A stretch of 64,000 nt of DNA from an uncultured bacterium (GCA_913009635.1 CAJVXI010000001.1:2915-66914), one strand, 5' to 3'; numbered from the stretch's first letter, positions 37,198 to 47,565 are shown. Numbers and translations: made by a program. The notes: generated from the sequence alone by a model not told the origin.

Positions 37198-38148
37198 TTA
37201 TTTTTTTAAAGCTAATGAAATAATTTTATCTAAGAGTTTTGGAAATTCAAGACCTACCAATGCGGCAGATTGCGGTAAGAGGGATGTTTCAGTCATTCCT
37301 GGCAAGGTATTTAATTCTAAAATATAAATTTTGTCTTTATTTATCCTATTAGAAATTCCATTTCTAATTGGGTTAATTATAAAATCAGAGCGTGAATAAT
37401 GACGGCATTTTAATATTTTATGCGCGATAATTGATTGTTTTTGAATTTCTTTGGTTAATTTATTTGATATTTTTGCCGGCGTTATCTCATTGGAAGCGCC
37501 TTTTTTATATTTGGCTTCATAATCAAAGAATTTATATTTTTTATTAGGGATTATCTCTGTTATTGGCAAAGCAAAGAATTTTTTGCCTTTATAATTTTCA
37601 ATAATACCGCATGTAAATTCTCGACCAGATAAATATTCTTCCGCCAGAATTTTCTTATCGTATTTTTTTGCCAGATTTATGGCTTTTTTTAGTTGAGATT
37701 TTTTATAGACAATTGTCATTCCAATACTTGAACCGCGGCCAATTGGCTTAACGATCAACGGAGGATTAGTGGTTATCATTGGTATATTTAATCCGGCAGA
37801 TTTAAATAATTTTCTACTGGCGATTTTATCCATTGCAAGTCGTGATGATTTCGGTCCCGAACCAGTATAGGCAATTTTATATTGTTCAAGTAGTTTTTGA
37901 ATTACACCGTCTTCGCCAAATTCACCGTGCATTGCGTTAAATATTAAATCAACTTTTTTTAGGAATTTTTTAGCAGGAATTTTTTTACCATTTTCAAGCC
38001 AAATTTCTTTTTTAGAAATAACACAAGGAAAAATAAAATATTTATCTTTATTTAAGTTTTTAATAATCATTTCGCCGGTTTTTAACGAGATGTCATGTTC
38101 AGCCGAAGGCCCTCCCATCAATACGCCGATTTTAAGCTTCTTTTTCAT
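37198..38148 (-). CDS. ddl: D-alanine--D-alanine ligase
   Basis: GGPSAEHDIS, HGEFGEDG, AMDK, GSSIG, YEAKY, ELNTLPGMT. Confidence 0.95.
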   Translation of the reverse strand: MKKKLKIGVLMGGPSAEHDISLKTGEMIIKNLNKDKYFIFPCVISKKEIWLENGKKIPAKKFLKKVDLIFNAMHGEFGEDGVIQKLLEQYKIAYTGSGPKSSRLAMDKIASRKLFKSAGLNIPMITTNPPLIVKPIGRGSSIGMTIVYKKSQLKKAINLAKKYDKKILAEEYLSGREFTCGIIENYKGKKFFALPITEIIPNKKYKFFDYEAKYKKGASNEITPAKISNKLTKEIQKQSIIAHKILKCRHYSRSDFIINPIRNGISNRINKDKIYILELNTLPGMTETSLLPQSAALVGLEFPKLLDKIISLALKK

Positions 38149-38189
38149 AATTGTTGTTTTTTAATTGAGATGTTATTATTATAAACACA

Positions 38190-39578
38190 ATGCGTACTTT
38201 AGTTAAGGATATTATAAATAAGGAAGGCGAGAAGGTTGAATTGGCAGGGTGGGTAGCAGTGCGACGTGACCATGGCAAGGTTATTTTTATTGATTTGCGG
38301 GACAGGAGCGGAATAGTTCAAATGGTTTTTACGCCATCCAATAAAAAACTTTATGAAGTAGTTGAACAACTACGACCTGAGTGGGTGATAAAAGTAATTG
38401 GTAAAGTAAGCCGTCGGCCGGAAAAAATGAAAAATCCTAACATAGAAACGGGTGAATTTGAAATTCAGGCCGAAGGATTGGAAATTTTAAATCTAGCTGA
38501 AACTCCGCCATTGGCTGTTGATACTGATGGCTATGAAATTGGAGAAGATGTTAGGATGAAATATCGCTATTTGGACTTGCGCAGGCCGCGTTTACAGAAG
38601 AATCTAAAATTACGGGCTAATATTATTAAATTTATACGTGATTTTTTGATTGATAAAGAATTTATTGAAGTGGAAACGCCTGTTTTGGGTAAATCAACTC
38701 CTGAAGGAGCAAGGGATTATCTAGTGCCTTCGCGTCTTCAGTCGGGTAAATTTTACGCTTTACCTCAATCACCGCAGCAATACAAACAGCTTTTAATGGT
38801 GGCTGGTTTAGAGAGGTATTTTCAGATTGTTAAGTGTTTTCGAGACGAAGATACGCGTGGTGATCGTCAGCCGGAATTTACACAGCTTGATATAGAGATG
38901 AGCTTTACTAATCAGGAAGAGATTTTGAAATTAGTAGAAGATCTTTACGTAGAAGCCGTTAAGAAGTTTATGCCGGAGAAGAAAATTAAAGAAATTCCTT
39001 TTCCGAGAATATCTTACAAAGAAGCGATGGAAAAATACGGCAATGATAGGCCTGATTTACGCGAGGATAAAAACAATAAAAGTGAATTAGCTTTTGCTTT
39101 TGTTGTTGATTTTCCGATGTTTGAATGGCGCGAAGAGGAAAAACGCTGGGACGCGGTTCATCATCCATTTACCAAGCCGAAAGTTGAAAAAATAGAAGAA
39201 TTAAAAGATGACCCTTCTAAAGTCGGCGCTTATCAATATGACCTTGTATTAAACGGAGAAGAAATTGGAGGAGGAAGTATTAGAAGTCATGATCCAGAAA
39301 TTCTTAAAGCAGTATTTGAAATAATGGGGCATAGTAAAGAAAACATTAATAAACAGTTTGGTCATTTAATGGAAGCATTTAAATATGGTACGCCTCCACA
39401 CGGAGGAATTGCATTGGGGCTTGATAGATTACTGGCAGTTTTATTGGATGAACCAAATATCCGTGAAGTAATTGCTTTTCCAAAAACCGGAGACGGAAGA
39501 GATTTAATGATGCAAGCGCCCAGTGAGGTCGATGAAAAACAATTAAATGAATTAAATATAAAAATAAACAAAAAATGA
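38190..39578 (+). CDS. aspS: Aspartate--tRNA ligase (short form lacking most of the GAD insertion)
   Basis: RRDHG.VIFIDLRD, YRYLDLR, PQSPQQYKQ, RQPEFTQLD, PPHGGIALGLDR. Confidence 0.95.
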   Translation: MRTLVKDIINKEGEKVELAGWVAVRRDHGKVIFIDLRDRSGIVQMVFTPSNKKLYEVVEQLRPEWVIKVIGKVSRRPEKMKNPNIETGEFEIQAEGLEILNLAETPPLAVDTDGYEIGEDVRMKYRYLDLRRPRLQKNLKLRANIIKFIRDFLIDKEFIEVETPVLGKSTPEGARDYLVPSRLQSGKFYALPQSPQQYKQLLMVAGLERYFQIVKCFRDEDTRGDRQPEFTQLDIEMSFTNQEEILKLVEDLYVEAVKKFMPEKKIKEIPFPRISYKEAMEKYGNDRPDLREDKNNKSELAFAFVVDFPMFEWREEEKRWDAVHHPFTKPKVEKIEELKDDPSKVGAYQYDLVLNGEEIGGGSIRSHDPEILKAVFEIMGHSKENINKQFGHLMEAFKYGTPPHGGIALGLDRLLAVLLDEPNIREVIAFPKTGDGRDLMMQAPSEVDEKQLNELNIKINKK

Positions 39579-40171
39579 AAACAGAAAAAACATTTATTAT
39601 AATTAAACCAGACGGCGTGCAGAGATCTTTGATTGGAGAAATTATTCAACGACTTGAAAGGACGGGGCTGAAACTTGTTGCCGTAAAAATGATTGTCCCA
39701 GACGAAAATTTTATTGAAAAGCATTACACAATTGACCCAGAGTGGAAAGGGACTGTTGGAGAAAAAACAATTAAAAGCTATCGCGAAAAGGGGCTGAAAC
39801 CGCCGTATGACGATCCGCATAAAGTAGGAAATATAGTTCTTGGTAATCTTAAAAAATTTATGACTTCAGGTCCAGTGATTGCCATGGTTTTGCAGGGGCT
39901 TCATGCCGTGAAACTTGTCAGAAAATTGGTTGGCGGCACCGAACCGTTCGCTTCTGATGTAGGCACAATCCGCGGTGATTTTGTTTTAGATTCGTATCAG
40001 CTGGCTGATATTGATGGAAGAGCTATTAGAAATCTTGTACATGCATCCGGTTCAATTGAAGAAGCAAATAAAGAAATCGCTTTGTGGTTTAAGCCGGAAG
40101 AAATCATAAATTATCGTCTGATTCAGGAAAGGATTTTATATGATGTTAATTTAGATGAGATTTTGGAATAA
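39575..40171 (+). CDS. ndk: Nucleoside-diphosphate kinase
   Basis: IIKPDGVQR, GTIRGDF, NLVHAS. Confidence 0.95.
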   Translation: MKTEKTFIIIKPDGVQRSLIGEIIQRLERTGLKLVAVKMIVPDENFIEKHYTIDPEWKGTVGEKTIKSYREKGLKPPYDDPHKVGNIVLGNLKKFMTSGPVIAMVLQGLHAVKLVRKLVGGTEPFASDVGTIRGDFVLDSYQLADIDGRAIRNLVHASGSIEEANKEIALWFKPEEIINYRLIQERILYDVNLDEILE

Positions 40172-40195
40172 GCGGCTATTGACTCTTTATTTTTA

Positions 40196-40204
40196 TGTTA
40201 TAAT
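40196..40204 (+). promoter_or_regulatory. Extended -10 promoter upstream of ncRNA candidate
   Basis: TGnTATAAT six nt before the RNA closing stem. Confidence 0.5.
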
Positions 40205-40210
40205 TATAGC

Positions 40211-40337
40211 GAGTTCCAGTTAGTGATTTCTCGGATCAAATCGGATTTTCAGGGAGAACAACAGCGCTTTGGCTCTTGGGCTAAAGTTGAGTTCACCCAC
40301 TTGGCGAATAGCCGAGAGAATCCAACGGCTGGAACTC
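40211..40337 (+). ncRNA. Rod-shaped ncRNA with central bubble, 6S RNA-like
   Basis: gagttccagt/gctggaactc and gatttctcgg/ccgagagaatc stems, internal loop, gggagaac/gttcaccc and ctttggc/gctaaag stems. Confidence 0.55.
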
Positions 40338-40339
40338 AT

Positions 40340-40367
40340 GAAAAAGCAGTGGAATGACTGCTTTTTC
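40340..40367 (+). terminator. Intrinsic terminator
   Basis: gaaaaagcagt-ggaatg-actgctttttc. Confidence 0.75.
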
Positions 40368-40376
40368 GTTTCTAAA

Positions 40377-40473
40377 CTTACCGAAGGATTGATACTTCGG
40401 AAATGTGCTCAGTATCAATCTCCTCGAGTCTGAGTCTCGGAGTCGAAGATCTGAGCTTACCGAAGGATTGATA
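40377..40473. repeat. REP-like composite repeat
   Basis: Direct repeat cttaccgaaggattgata (40377, 40456) plus inverted gattgatact/agtatcaatc. Confidence 0.7.
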
Positions 40474-40503
40474 TTTTATAAATTATTTGTAATACTTATT
40501 GTT

Positions 40504-40689
40504 ATGAAACAATGCGAAATATGTGGGAAGGGTTCAATTATGCGAAATGCCAGAAAAAAACTTCGTGGTATTTATAACCCGACCGGCAAAAAAAGAAAAT
40601 ATCCCAATATTCAGAAAACTCGTTGTTCGGAAGGGAAGCGAATTTTAGCATGCACAACTTGTATTAAAAAAATAACTAAACCCCGTTAG
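40504..40689 (+). CDS. rpmB: 50S ribosomal protein L28
   Basis: MKQCEICGKG...RKYPNIQ...CTTCIK; ATG 40504. Confidence 0.85.
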   Translation: MKQCEICGKGSIMRNARKKLRGIYNPTGKKRKYPNIQKTRCSEGKRILACTTCIKKITKPR

Positions 40690-40778
40690 AAAAAGGAGAG
40701 TTTAACTCTTTTTTAATATTTTTTAATATATGCGAATAACTTTACCTATAGAGAGTTGTGATGTTTTTTCTAACGGGG
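40681..40778. repeat. Inverted-repeat element CCCCGTTAGAAA...TTTCTAACGGGG
   Basis: Termini recur at 44217-44281, 49553-49648 and in ddl 37345-37371. Confidence 0.75.
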
Positions 40779-40811
40779 TAAATCTAAATAGGACTTAGTT
40801 ATTTTTTATTT

Positions 40812-41270
40812 ATGGATAGATATCAAATTATCAGTTTAATAATTCAAGGATTAATAGCTTTTGGAGCTTTTGGCGGTTGGCAGTTGATTGTCAGCAAGCG
40901 CAAGAAAAGATTACAGGAAATTATTACAGTATCAATAGAATCGGATAAAGATTTTATAAAATTTTTTAATACTGGAAAGATAAATTTATATATTCATAAC
41001 ATAGAAGTTAAAGATGAGAAGACCCGTCAGTTAATTGGAGAAGATAGTGTTTTTGACGAGCCACGGCTTTTGGTTGCCGGAACCGCGGAATCAAGTTATT
41101 ACGAGTATCCAATTTCCAAAGATTTACTGGAATACAAGAAAATTAGATTTTGTTTGTTTTTAACAGATGAACTTGGCAAGAAATGGTTTTCTGAACATGG
41201 CGGTGAGATTAATAATGGAGAGATAAGAGTTTGGTCTTATAAAAATTACGAAAAAGAGTGGAGTTTGTGA
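40812..41270 (+). CDS. Hypothetical protein with N-terminal TM
   Basis: 152-aa ORF coupled to the next gene. Confidence 0.6.
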   Translation: MDRYQIISLIIQGLIAFGAFGGWQLIVSKRKKRLQEIITVSIESDKDFIKFFNTGKINLYIHNIEVKDEKTRQLIGEDSVFDEPRLLVAGTAESSYYEYPISKDLLEYKKIRFCLFLTDELGKKWFSEHGGEINNGEIRVWSYKNYEKEWSL

Positions 41271-41273
41271 ATT

Positions 41274-41741
41274 ATGAAAAAAATTTTAACACTTTGCATG
41301 ATTCATAATGACACTCATATGCTTTTAGGAATGAAGAAGCGTGGTTTTGGCGAAGGCAGATGGAATGGTTTTGGAGGCAAGGTAACAGACGGAGAAGCAA
41401 TAGAAGAAGCAACAAAAAGAGAATTAAAAGAAGAAGCAGGAATAACTGTGGTAGATATAGATAAAAGAGGAATAATAGGTTTTTCTTTTGAAAATAATTC
41501 TGAAATGATAGAAGTTCATATTTTTAGCGCTTGTAATTTTGAGGGAGAACCCACGGAAAGCGAAGAAATGAGGCCACAATGGTTTGCGAAAGATGAAATT
41601 CCTTTTGACACGATGTGGATAGATGATGAGCATTGGATACCCATGTTTTTAGAGGGGAAGAAGTTTCGCGGTAATTTTCATTTTACAGAAGATGAAAAAA
41701 GTATAATTAGTTATAATATTGAGGAAGTATTAGAGTTATAA
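41274..41741 (+). CDS. Nudix hydrolase, MTH1-like 8-oxo-dGTP diphosphatase
   Basis: LLGMKKRGFG.GRWNGFGGK, Nudix box RELKEEAG, ESEEMRPQWF, MW.DD. Confidence 0.9.
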   Translation: MKKILTLCMIHNDTHMLLGMKKRGFGEGRWNGFGGKVTDGEAIEEATKRELKEEAGITVVDIDKRGIIGFSFENNSEMIEVHIFSACNFEGEPTESEEMRPQWFAKDEIPFDTMWIDDEHWIPMFLEGKKFRGNFHFTEDEKSIISYNIEEVLEL

Positions 41742-41749
41742 ATTAATCT

Positions 41750-42076
41750 ATGAAATACTTAATTTTAATTATTGCCGGGATTTTGGGGATTTGGGTTGGC
41801 AGGAAGTTGGCGATGTGCAGGACGATGAATAAAGGTAGTACGGTTGGCAAGGGAAATTTAATGGAATTGAATGAAGCGAAAAAAATTGCCAAAGAGAAAA
41901 ACAAAGAGAAAATACTTGAATTATTAAAAGAAAAGGACCAAATCACAAATAACGATATTGAAAGCGCCTTAGGTGTTTCTGACGCGACAGCTACTCGTTA
42001 TTTTGAGGAATTAGAACAAGAGGGAAAGATAATCCAAAAAGGAGAAGGAAGAGGAGTTTATTATATAAAAACTTAA
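41750..42076 (+). CDS. Membrane-anchored winged-helix protein
   Basis: N-terminal TM; ITNNDIE..LGVSDATATRYFEELE.EG. Confidence 0.7.
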   Translation: MKYLILIIAGILGIWVGRKLAMCRTMNKGSTVGKGNLMELNEAKKIAKEKNKEKILELLKEKDQITNNDIESALGVSDATATRYFEELEQEGKIIQKGEGRGVYYIKT

Positions 42077-42187
42077 TAAATAAACGGCTCACACGGCGTG
42101 TGAGCCGTTTATTGTGGGTAATTTTTATATCTCTAATTCGCGCGAATGGTAGAATGAAGAAAGTTTTTGTTATATAATAATTGAGAT

Positions 42188-42448
42188 ATGCGAAATTTAG
42201 AAAAAAATTTAAAAGTGTTAGCTAATCGGCGGCGCTTGGCCATACTTAAGTATTTAAAACGCAATAAGGAGGCACCAGTGGCAGAAATTGCTCATGAAAT
42301 CAATTTATCATTTAAAGCCACTTCAAAACACCTTTGTATTTTAGCTGCTGTTGATATTATTAAGAAAGACCAGAGAAATTTACAAATGTTTTATCGTTTG
42401 TCTACTAGTCAAAACCCAGTAGTTAAACATATTTTTTCTCTTCTTTAA
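42188..42448 (+). CDS. ArsR family transcriptional regulator
   Basis: LKVLAN.RRL.IL, LSFKATSKHL..L. Confidence 0.8.
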   Translation: MRNLEKNLKVLANRRRLAILKYLKRNKEAPVAEIAHEINLSFKATSKHLCILAAVDIIKKDQRNLQMFYRLSTSQNPVVKHIFSLL

Positions 42449-42472
42449 TTATTTTTTAATTTCTTTTTAACC

Positions 42473-42498
42473 TTCTCTAATTCGCGCGAATTAGAGAA
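42473..42498. repeat. Perfect 26-bp palindrome; partial copy at 42130-42147
   Basis: ttctctaattcgcgcgaattagagaa. Confidence 0.8.
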
Positions 42499-42512
42499 TA
42501 GTAAAGAATAGT

Positions 42513-42821
42513 ATGGATAAAATAAAAATTAATTGGCTTACTAAAATATTTTTAAAACTTTGGCCAAAATTGGCAATGAAGCATTTCGCAAAAAAGATGG
42601 GTATCAATAATTCATTATTTGACCAAGCCCACGAAGTTTTTTCTCAAACTAACCGCATTGATATTTTGCCATTAAAATCCGGGCATCGTGGCTTTATGAT
42701 TATTATGGACAGGAAAACCGCTCTTTATTTTTATCAAGACAACGACCATTTTATTTATGATGGTTTTGAGATGAGGAAATATAACAAAGGCGATGTGATA
42801 ATATTTGATAATGTTAAATAA
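42513..42821 (+). CDS. Hypothetical protein
   Basis: 102-aa ORF, no recognised motif. Confidence 0.55.
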   Translation: MDKIKINWLTKIFLKLWPKLAMKHFAKKMGINNSLFDQAHEVFSQTNRIDILPLKSGHRGFMIIMDRKTALYFYQDNDHFIYDGFEMRKYNKGDVIIFDNVK

Positions 42822-42853
42822 GGAGGAATTAATAATTATGGTAAATTAAATTT

Positions 42854-43420
42854 ATGAAAAGAGCGGTTATCATACATTGTTGGGGAGGGAAACCGAATTA
42901 TTGCTGGTATCCAAATACCAAAAAAGAATTAGAGGATAAAGGGTATGAGGTTGCTGTTCCTGAAATGCCGGACACTGATTATCCCAAATTTGATAAATGG
43001 TTTTCAAAATTAAAAGAAGTTATTGGAGATCCGGATGAGAATCTTTATTTAATCGGGCACAGCTTGGGGTGTATTACTATTTTAAGATATTTGGAATCTT
43101 TAAAAGAAGGAGAGAAAATCGGTGGAGCTGTTTTAGTGGCGGGTTTCGCAGGCGGTATAGACATTGAAGAAATTGAAAGCTTTATAAATAAGCCGGTTGA
43201 TTTTAAAAAAATTAAATCGCATTGTAAAAATTTCATTGCTATTCATTCTGATAATGATCCTTTTGTTCCATTGAAACACGGAGATATTCTTAAAGAAAAG
43301 CTTGGCGCTAAATTAATTATTAAGAATAATATGAAGCATTTTTCAGGCGAGATAGATAAAGAAGAAAATTGTATTGAATTGCCTGATGTTGTAGAGAATT
43401 TATTAGAGATTAGTAAATAA
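42854..43420 (+). CDS. RBBP9/YdeN family alpha/beta hydrolase
   Basis: IIHCWGG...WYP, GHSLG, HSDNDP.VP. Confidence 0.88.
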   Translation: MKRAVIIHCWGGKPNYCWYPNTKKELEDKGYEVAVPEMPDTDYPKFDKWFSKLKEVIGDPDENLYLIGHSLGCITILRYLESLKEGEKIGGAVLVAGFAGGIDIEEIESFINKPVDFKKIKSHCKNFIAIHSDNDPFVPLKHGDILKEKLGAKLIIKNNMKHFSGEIDKEENCIELPDVVENLLEISK

Positions 43421-43481
43421 AAATTTTACGATTATTTAGTGGAAAACATTTTTTATATAATGTACTATTAGGGAATATATT

Positions 43482-44111
43482 ATGGATGTTTTTTCTATAA
43501 AAATATTTTTGTATCTTATAATCGTTCTTTCAGCGGTTTTTCACGAATATGCCCATAGTTGGGTAGCTTATCGTTTGGGGGATATGACGGCTAAAAATGC
43601 CGGCCGACTGACTTTGAATCCATTGGTCCATTTGGATTTATTTGGTACTGTTATTATGCCGTTATTTCTTTTATTTACTTCGGGAATTTTTCTTGGTTGG
43701 GCAAAGCCGGTTCCTTATAATCCTTTTAATTTAAGAGATAAGAAATACGGCACTTTGAAGGTTGGAATTGCCGGGCCTTCTGCTAATTTATTAATTGCTT
43801 TGTTTTTTGGATTGTTTTTGAGATTTTTCAGCGGCTATTTTTTGGCAGCTGCTATTCTTCCGCCGATTTTTATTCAGTTCTTAGGGTTGATTATTTACAT
43901 TAATATTTTTCTGGCTTTGTTTAATCTTTTGCCGTTTCCGCCGCTTGATGGTTCAAAGGTATTTGCAACTTTATTCCCACGACAATGGCGATCTTTTAGC
44001 CGACTTGGCTTTATGGGAATCTTTTTGGCTTTATTTATCGCATTTTTTATTCTTTCTCCGATAGCTCAATTTATTTTTTGGCTGATTACAGGAGTTGGGT
44101 TTAGTTTTTAG
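43482..44111 (+). CDS. Site-2 protease (M50) family protein
   Basis: HEYAH, GRLTLNP, AGP.AN, FNLLPFPPLDG. Confidence 0.92.
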   Translation: MDVFSIKIFLYLIIVLSAVFHEYAHSWVAYRLGDMTAKNAGRLTLNPLVHLDLFGTVIMPLFLLFTSGIFLGWAKPVPYNPFNLRDKKYGTLKVGIAGPSANLLIALFFGLFLRFFSGYFLAAAILPPIFIQFLGLIIYINIFLALFNLLPFPPLDGSKVFATLFPRQWRSFSRLGFMGIFLALFIAFFILSPIAQFIFWLITGVGFSF

Positions 44112-44115
44112 ATTA

Positions 44116-44145
44116 TTGACAATTATCAGCTTATTTTGTTATTAT
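44116..44145 (+). promoter_or_regulatory. Putative str operon promoter
   Basis: TTGACA-N18-TATTAT with extended TG. Confidence 0.5.
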
Positions 44146-44337
44146 TTATAGGCCTTTAATGAGGTTTTTATTTTTCCCGATTTTATATGAGCGTAGCGAA
44201 TTAATAAAATTGAGGACCACGTTAGATAAAGCCCTGTCCCATTAGATATTTATCTAACGGGGTGGACTCATCTAACGGGGTGCTTAATTTTATAGATAAA
44301 TTTTATCGCTTTGCTCAAAAATTTATACAAAATTCGT

Positions 44338-44751
44338 ATGCCAACATTAAATCAATTAATTAAAAATAAAAGAAAGAAAGCCAAAAAGAAATCCAAATCA
44401 CCTGCGATGGGTTTTTATTTTAATACTATACAAAATAAACCTGTTTATTCTAATTCGCCTTTTAAAAGAGGTGTTTGCCTGAAGGTGTTTACAACAACGC
44501 CAAAAAAACCGAATTCCGCTTTGCGAAAAGTTGCAAGAGTGCGGTTAACCAACGGAATGGAAGTAACGGCTTATATTCCAGGCCAAGGACATCAACTTCA
44601 GGAACATTCAGTAGTAATGCTTAGGGGAGGGCGAGTTAAGGATTTGCCTGGAGTGAGATACCATATTGTTAGAGGAGTTTTGGATACAACCGGCGTAGAG
44701 GGTAGAAAGCAAGAAAGGAGCAAATATGGAACAAAGCGTTCCAAAGAGTAA
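44338..44751 (+). CDS. rpsL: 30S ribosomal protein S12
   Basis: [27 protein letters not shown]. Confidence 0.98.
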   Translation: MPTLNQLIKNKRKKAKKKSKSPAMGFYFNTIQNKPVYSNSPFKRGVCLKVFTTTPKKPNSALRKVARVRLTNGMEVTAYIPGQGHQLQEHSVVMLRGGRVKDLPGVRYHIVRGVLDTTGVEGRKQERSKYGTKRSKE

Positions 44752-44807
44752 TCACTAATTAGCGAATACTTGCGAATATAGCGAATTCGCCATATTCGCG
44801 AACACTC
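44746..44807. repeat. Hairpin element family D, minimal copy (contains rpsL stop)
   Basis: gagTAAtcactaattagcgaatacttgcgaatatagcgaattcgccatattcgcgaacactc-ATG. Confidence 0.88.
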
Positions 44808-45281
44808 ATGAGAAGAAAACGTAAATATAAAAAACAATATAGTTCTGATATTCAATATGACAGTATTGCTGTTGGTCGTTTTATTAATTATTTAATGGAA
44901 GACGGTAAAAAATCAGTGGCTGAAAAAGTTCTTTATGGTGCTTTTAAAAATATAGAGAAAGAAATAAAGCATGTGAATAACGCACTTTCGGTTTTTGAGA
45001 AGGCACTTGAGAACGTTTCGCCAGTATTGGAAGTAGTTTCGCGTCGCGTCGGCGGTGCTAATTATCAGGTCCCAAGAGAAGTAAGGCCGGAACGAAAGTT
45101 TTTTTTGGCTTGTAATTGGATTCTTGAAGCAGCTCGGTCGCGTAAGGGGAAGCCAATGGCGCAGAAATTGGCCGAAGAATTAATTATGGCATCCAATAAT
45201 GAAGGAGCGGCCATTAAGAAAAAAGAAAATGTTCGAAGAATGGCGGAAGCTAATAGGGCGTTCGCTCATTTCGCCAGATAG
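44808..45281 (+). CDS. rpsG: 30S ribosomal protein S7
   Basis: GKKSVAE, RRVGGANYQVP, MAEANRAFAHF. Confidence 0.98.
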   Translation: MRRKRKYKKQYSSDIQYDSIAVGRFINYLMEDGKKSVAEKVLYGAFKNIEKEIKHVNNALSVFEKALENVSPVLEVVSRRVGGANYQVPREVRPERKFFLACNWILEAARSRKGKPMAQKLAEELIMASNNEGAAIKKKENVRRMAEANRAFAHFAR

Positions 45282-45286
45282 GCTAT

Positions 45287-45423
45287 AAATTTACAATTTT
45301 CAATTATCAATTTCTATTAAATTTACAATGACTTAATTTTCAATGACTAAACTTTTAGTCGTGTTTGCAAAATTATTGAATTAAAGATTCAATGAAAATT
45401 AAAAATTAGAAATTAAAAATTCT
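45287..45423. repeat. Empty heptad hairpin element related to the four-helix-bundle flanks
   Basis: caattttcaattatcaatttc..caatgact...aaattaaaaattagaaatt; similar to 61228-61330. Confidence 0.75.
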
Positions 45424-47565
45424 ATGCGAATGTATCCATTAGAAAAATACAGAGACATAGGCATTATTGCTCATATTGATGCTGGAAAAACTACCGTTAC
45501 AGAACGGGTTCTTTTTTATACTGGAATTTCTCATAAAATTGGTGAAGTTCATGAAGGTCAGGCAATTATGGATTGGATGGAACAAGAACGAGAGCGCGGT
45601 ATTACTATTACTTCAGCTGCTACAACTTGTTTTTGGGTTTCATCTCGTTATTTAGAAGGCGTTGATGATGATAAAGAAAAACATAAAATTCGTGAAGTTA
45701 ATGAGCATCGAGTTAATATTATTGATACACCAGGCCATGTTGATTTTACAGTTGAGGTTGAGAGATCGTTACGTGTTTTAGACGGCGGAGTAGTCGTTTT
45801 TGATGGAGTTGCCGGAGTAGAACCGCAATCAGAAACAGTTTGGCATCAGGCGGATAAGTATAAGGTACCGAGAATTTGTTTTATTAATAAACTTGATCGA
45901 ATAGGAGCGAGTTTTGAAAATTCTCTCCTTTCTATTCAAGAGCGCCTTAATTCTAATGCTGTAGCAGTCCAAATACCAATTGGTTCAGAGGCTAATTTTG
46001 AAGGCGTTATTGATTTAATTCAACTCAAGGCATTTAATTTTGATGGAGAGAGGGGTGAAAAAATTATCAAAAAAGACATTCCAGAGAATCTTAAAGAAGA
46101 AGTTGAAAAATACAGGCATATTTTAGTTGAAAAAATTGTTGAGCATGATGAAAATTTAATGACAAAATATTTAGATGGCAAGGAAGTTTCTGAAGACGAA
46201 CTCCGTTCTGTTTTAAGGAGAGCTACTATAGATAATAAATTAATTCCGGTGCTTTGCGGTTCAGCTTTAAAAAATAAAGGAGTTCAATTGGTGCTTGACG
46301 CGGTTTTGGATTATTTGCCGTCTCCTTTGGATATATCGGAATCAAAAACAATAAAAGGAATTGATCCGAAAACCGACAAAGAAATTGTACGTCAACCAAA
46401 AGATGATGAGCCGTTTACAGCTTTGGCTTTTAAAATTGCTACTGATCCTTTTGTGGGAAGTTTAACTTATTTTAGAATTTATAGCGGTGCTCTTAAACGC
46501 GGAAGTTATATTTTAAATTCATCTAAAGGAAAACAGGAACGGATAGGTAGAATTGTTAGAATGCACGCTGACAAAAGAGAAGAGGTTGAAGAAATGTACG
46601 CAGGCGACCTTGGAGCTATTGTTGGATTAAAAGGAACTACTACCGGCGATACGCTTTGCGATATTGATAACCAAATTATTTTAGAAAAAATTATTTTTCC
46701 TGAACCGGTAATTTCTATTAGAATTGAACCAAAAACAAAAGCTGACCAAGAAAAAATGGGAATAGCAATGAGACGTTTAGCTGAGGAAGATCCGACTTTT
46801 AAAGTAGGAGGTGATCCTGATACTGGTGAAACAATTATTTCCGGAATGGGAGAGCTTCATTTAGAAATTCTTGTTGATAGAATGAAAAGAGAGTTTAGTG
46901 TTGAGGCCAATATCGGTCGTCCACAAGTTGCTTATAGAGAAACAATTAAGGGAACTGCTGAAGCTGAAGGAAAATATATTCGTCAGTCTGGCGGTCGCGG
47001 TCAATATGGTCATGTTTGGCTAAAAGTAAATACATTAGAAATGGGCAAAGGATTTATTTTTGTCAATAAAATAAAAGGTGGAATTATTCCCCAAGAATTT
47101 ATTCCTGCCATTGAAAAAGGCGTTAAAGAAGCAACAAATAAAGGGGTTTTAGCCGGATATCCCGTAACTGATATTGAAGTGACTCTTTATGACGGTTCTT
47201 TTCATGATGTTGATTCTTCAGAAGCAGCTTTCAAGATTGCCGGTTCAATGGCTTTTCAAGAAGCAACCAGAAGAGCTAAGCCAGTTATTTTAGAGCCAGT
47301 AATGAAGATTCAAGTAATTGCGCCAGCGGAATTTCTTGGTGATATTACAGGTGATCTTAATGCTAAGCGCGCTAAAATTGAATCAATGGGAGACAGAGGC
47401 AATATAAAAATTATTGATTCTAAGGTTCCTTTAGCTGAAATGTTTGGTTACGCAACAAAATTACGTTCTATGACTCAGGGTCGAGGAAGTTTTTCAATGG
47501 AATTTGATCATTATGAAGCAGTGCCGAATAATATTGCTCAGATGATAATAGAAGGGAAAAAGTAG
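45424..47565 (+). CDS. fusA: Elongation factor G
   Basis: [32 protein letters not shown]. Confidence 0.98.
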   Translation: MRMYPLEKYRDIGIIAHIDAGKTTVTERVLFYTGISHKIGEVHEGQAIMDWMEQERERGITITSAATTCFWVSSRYLEGVDDDKEKHKIREVNEHRVNIIDTPGHVDFTVEVERSLRVLDGGVVVFDGVAGVEPQSETVWHQADKYKVPRICFINKLDRIGASFENSLLSIQERLNSNAVAVQIPIGSEANFEGVIDLIQLKAFNFDGERGEKIIKKDIPENLKEEVEKYRHILVEKIVEHDENLMTKYLDGKEVSEDELRSVLRRATIDNKLIPVLCGSALKNKGVQLVLDAVLDYLPSPLDISESKTIKGIDPKTDKEIVRQPKDDEPFTALAFKIATDPFVGSLTYFRIYSGALKRGSYILNSSKGKQERIGRIVRMHADKREEVEEMYAGDLGAIVGLKGTTTGDTLCDIDNQIILEKIIFPEPVISIRIEPKTKADQEKMGIAMRRLAEEDPTFKVGGDPDTGETIISGMGELHLEILVDRMKREFSVEANIGRPQVAYRETIKGTAEAEGKYIRQSGGRGQYGHVWLKVNTLEMGKGFIFVNKIKGGIIPQEFIPAIEKGVKEATNKGVLAGYPVTDIEVTLYDGSFHDVDSSEAAFKIAGSMAFQEATRRAKPVILEPVMKIQVIAPAEFLGDITGDLNAKRAKIESMGDRGNIKIIDSKVPLAEMFGYATKLRSMTQGRGSFSMEFDHYEAVPNNIAQMIIEGKK

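Noticed and set aside
38190-39578. Short AspRS as a pseudogene
   Set aside because: All class II motifs are intact; only the GAD insertion domain is reduced
45640-45705. Insertion in the EF-G G domain ([22 protein letters not shown]) as a repeat or intein
   Set aside because: No palindrome or tandem units and no intein motifs; a known variable loop position
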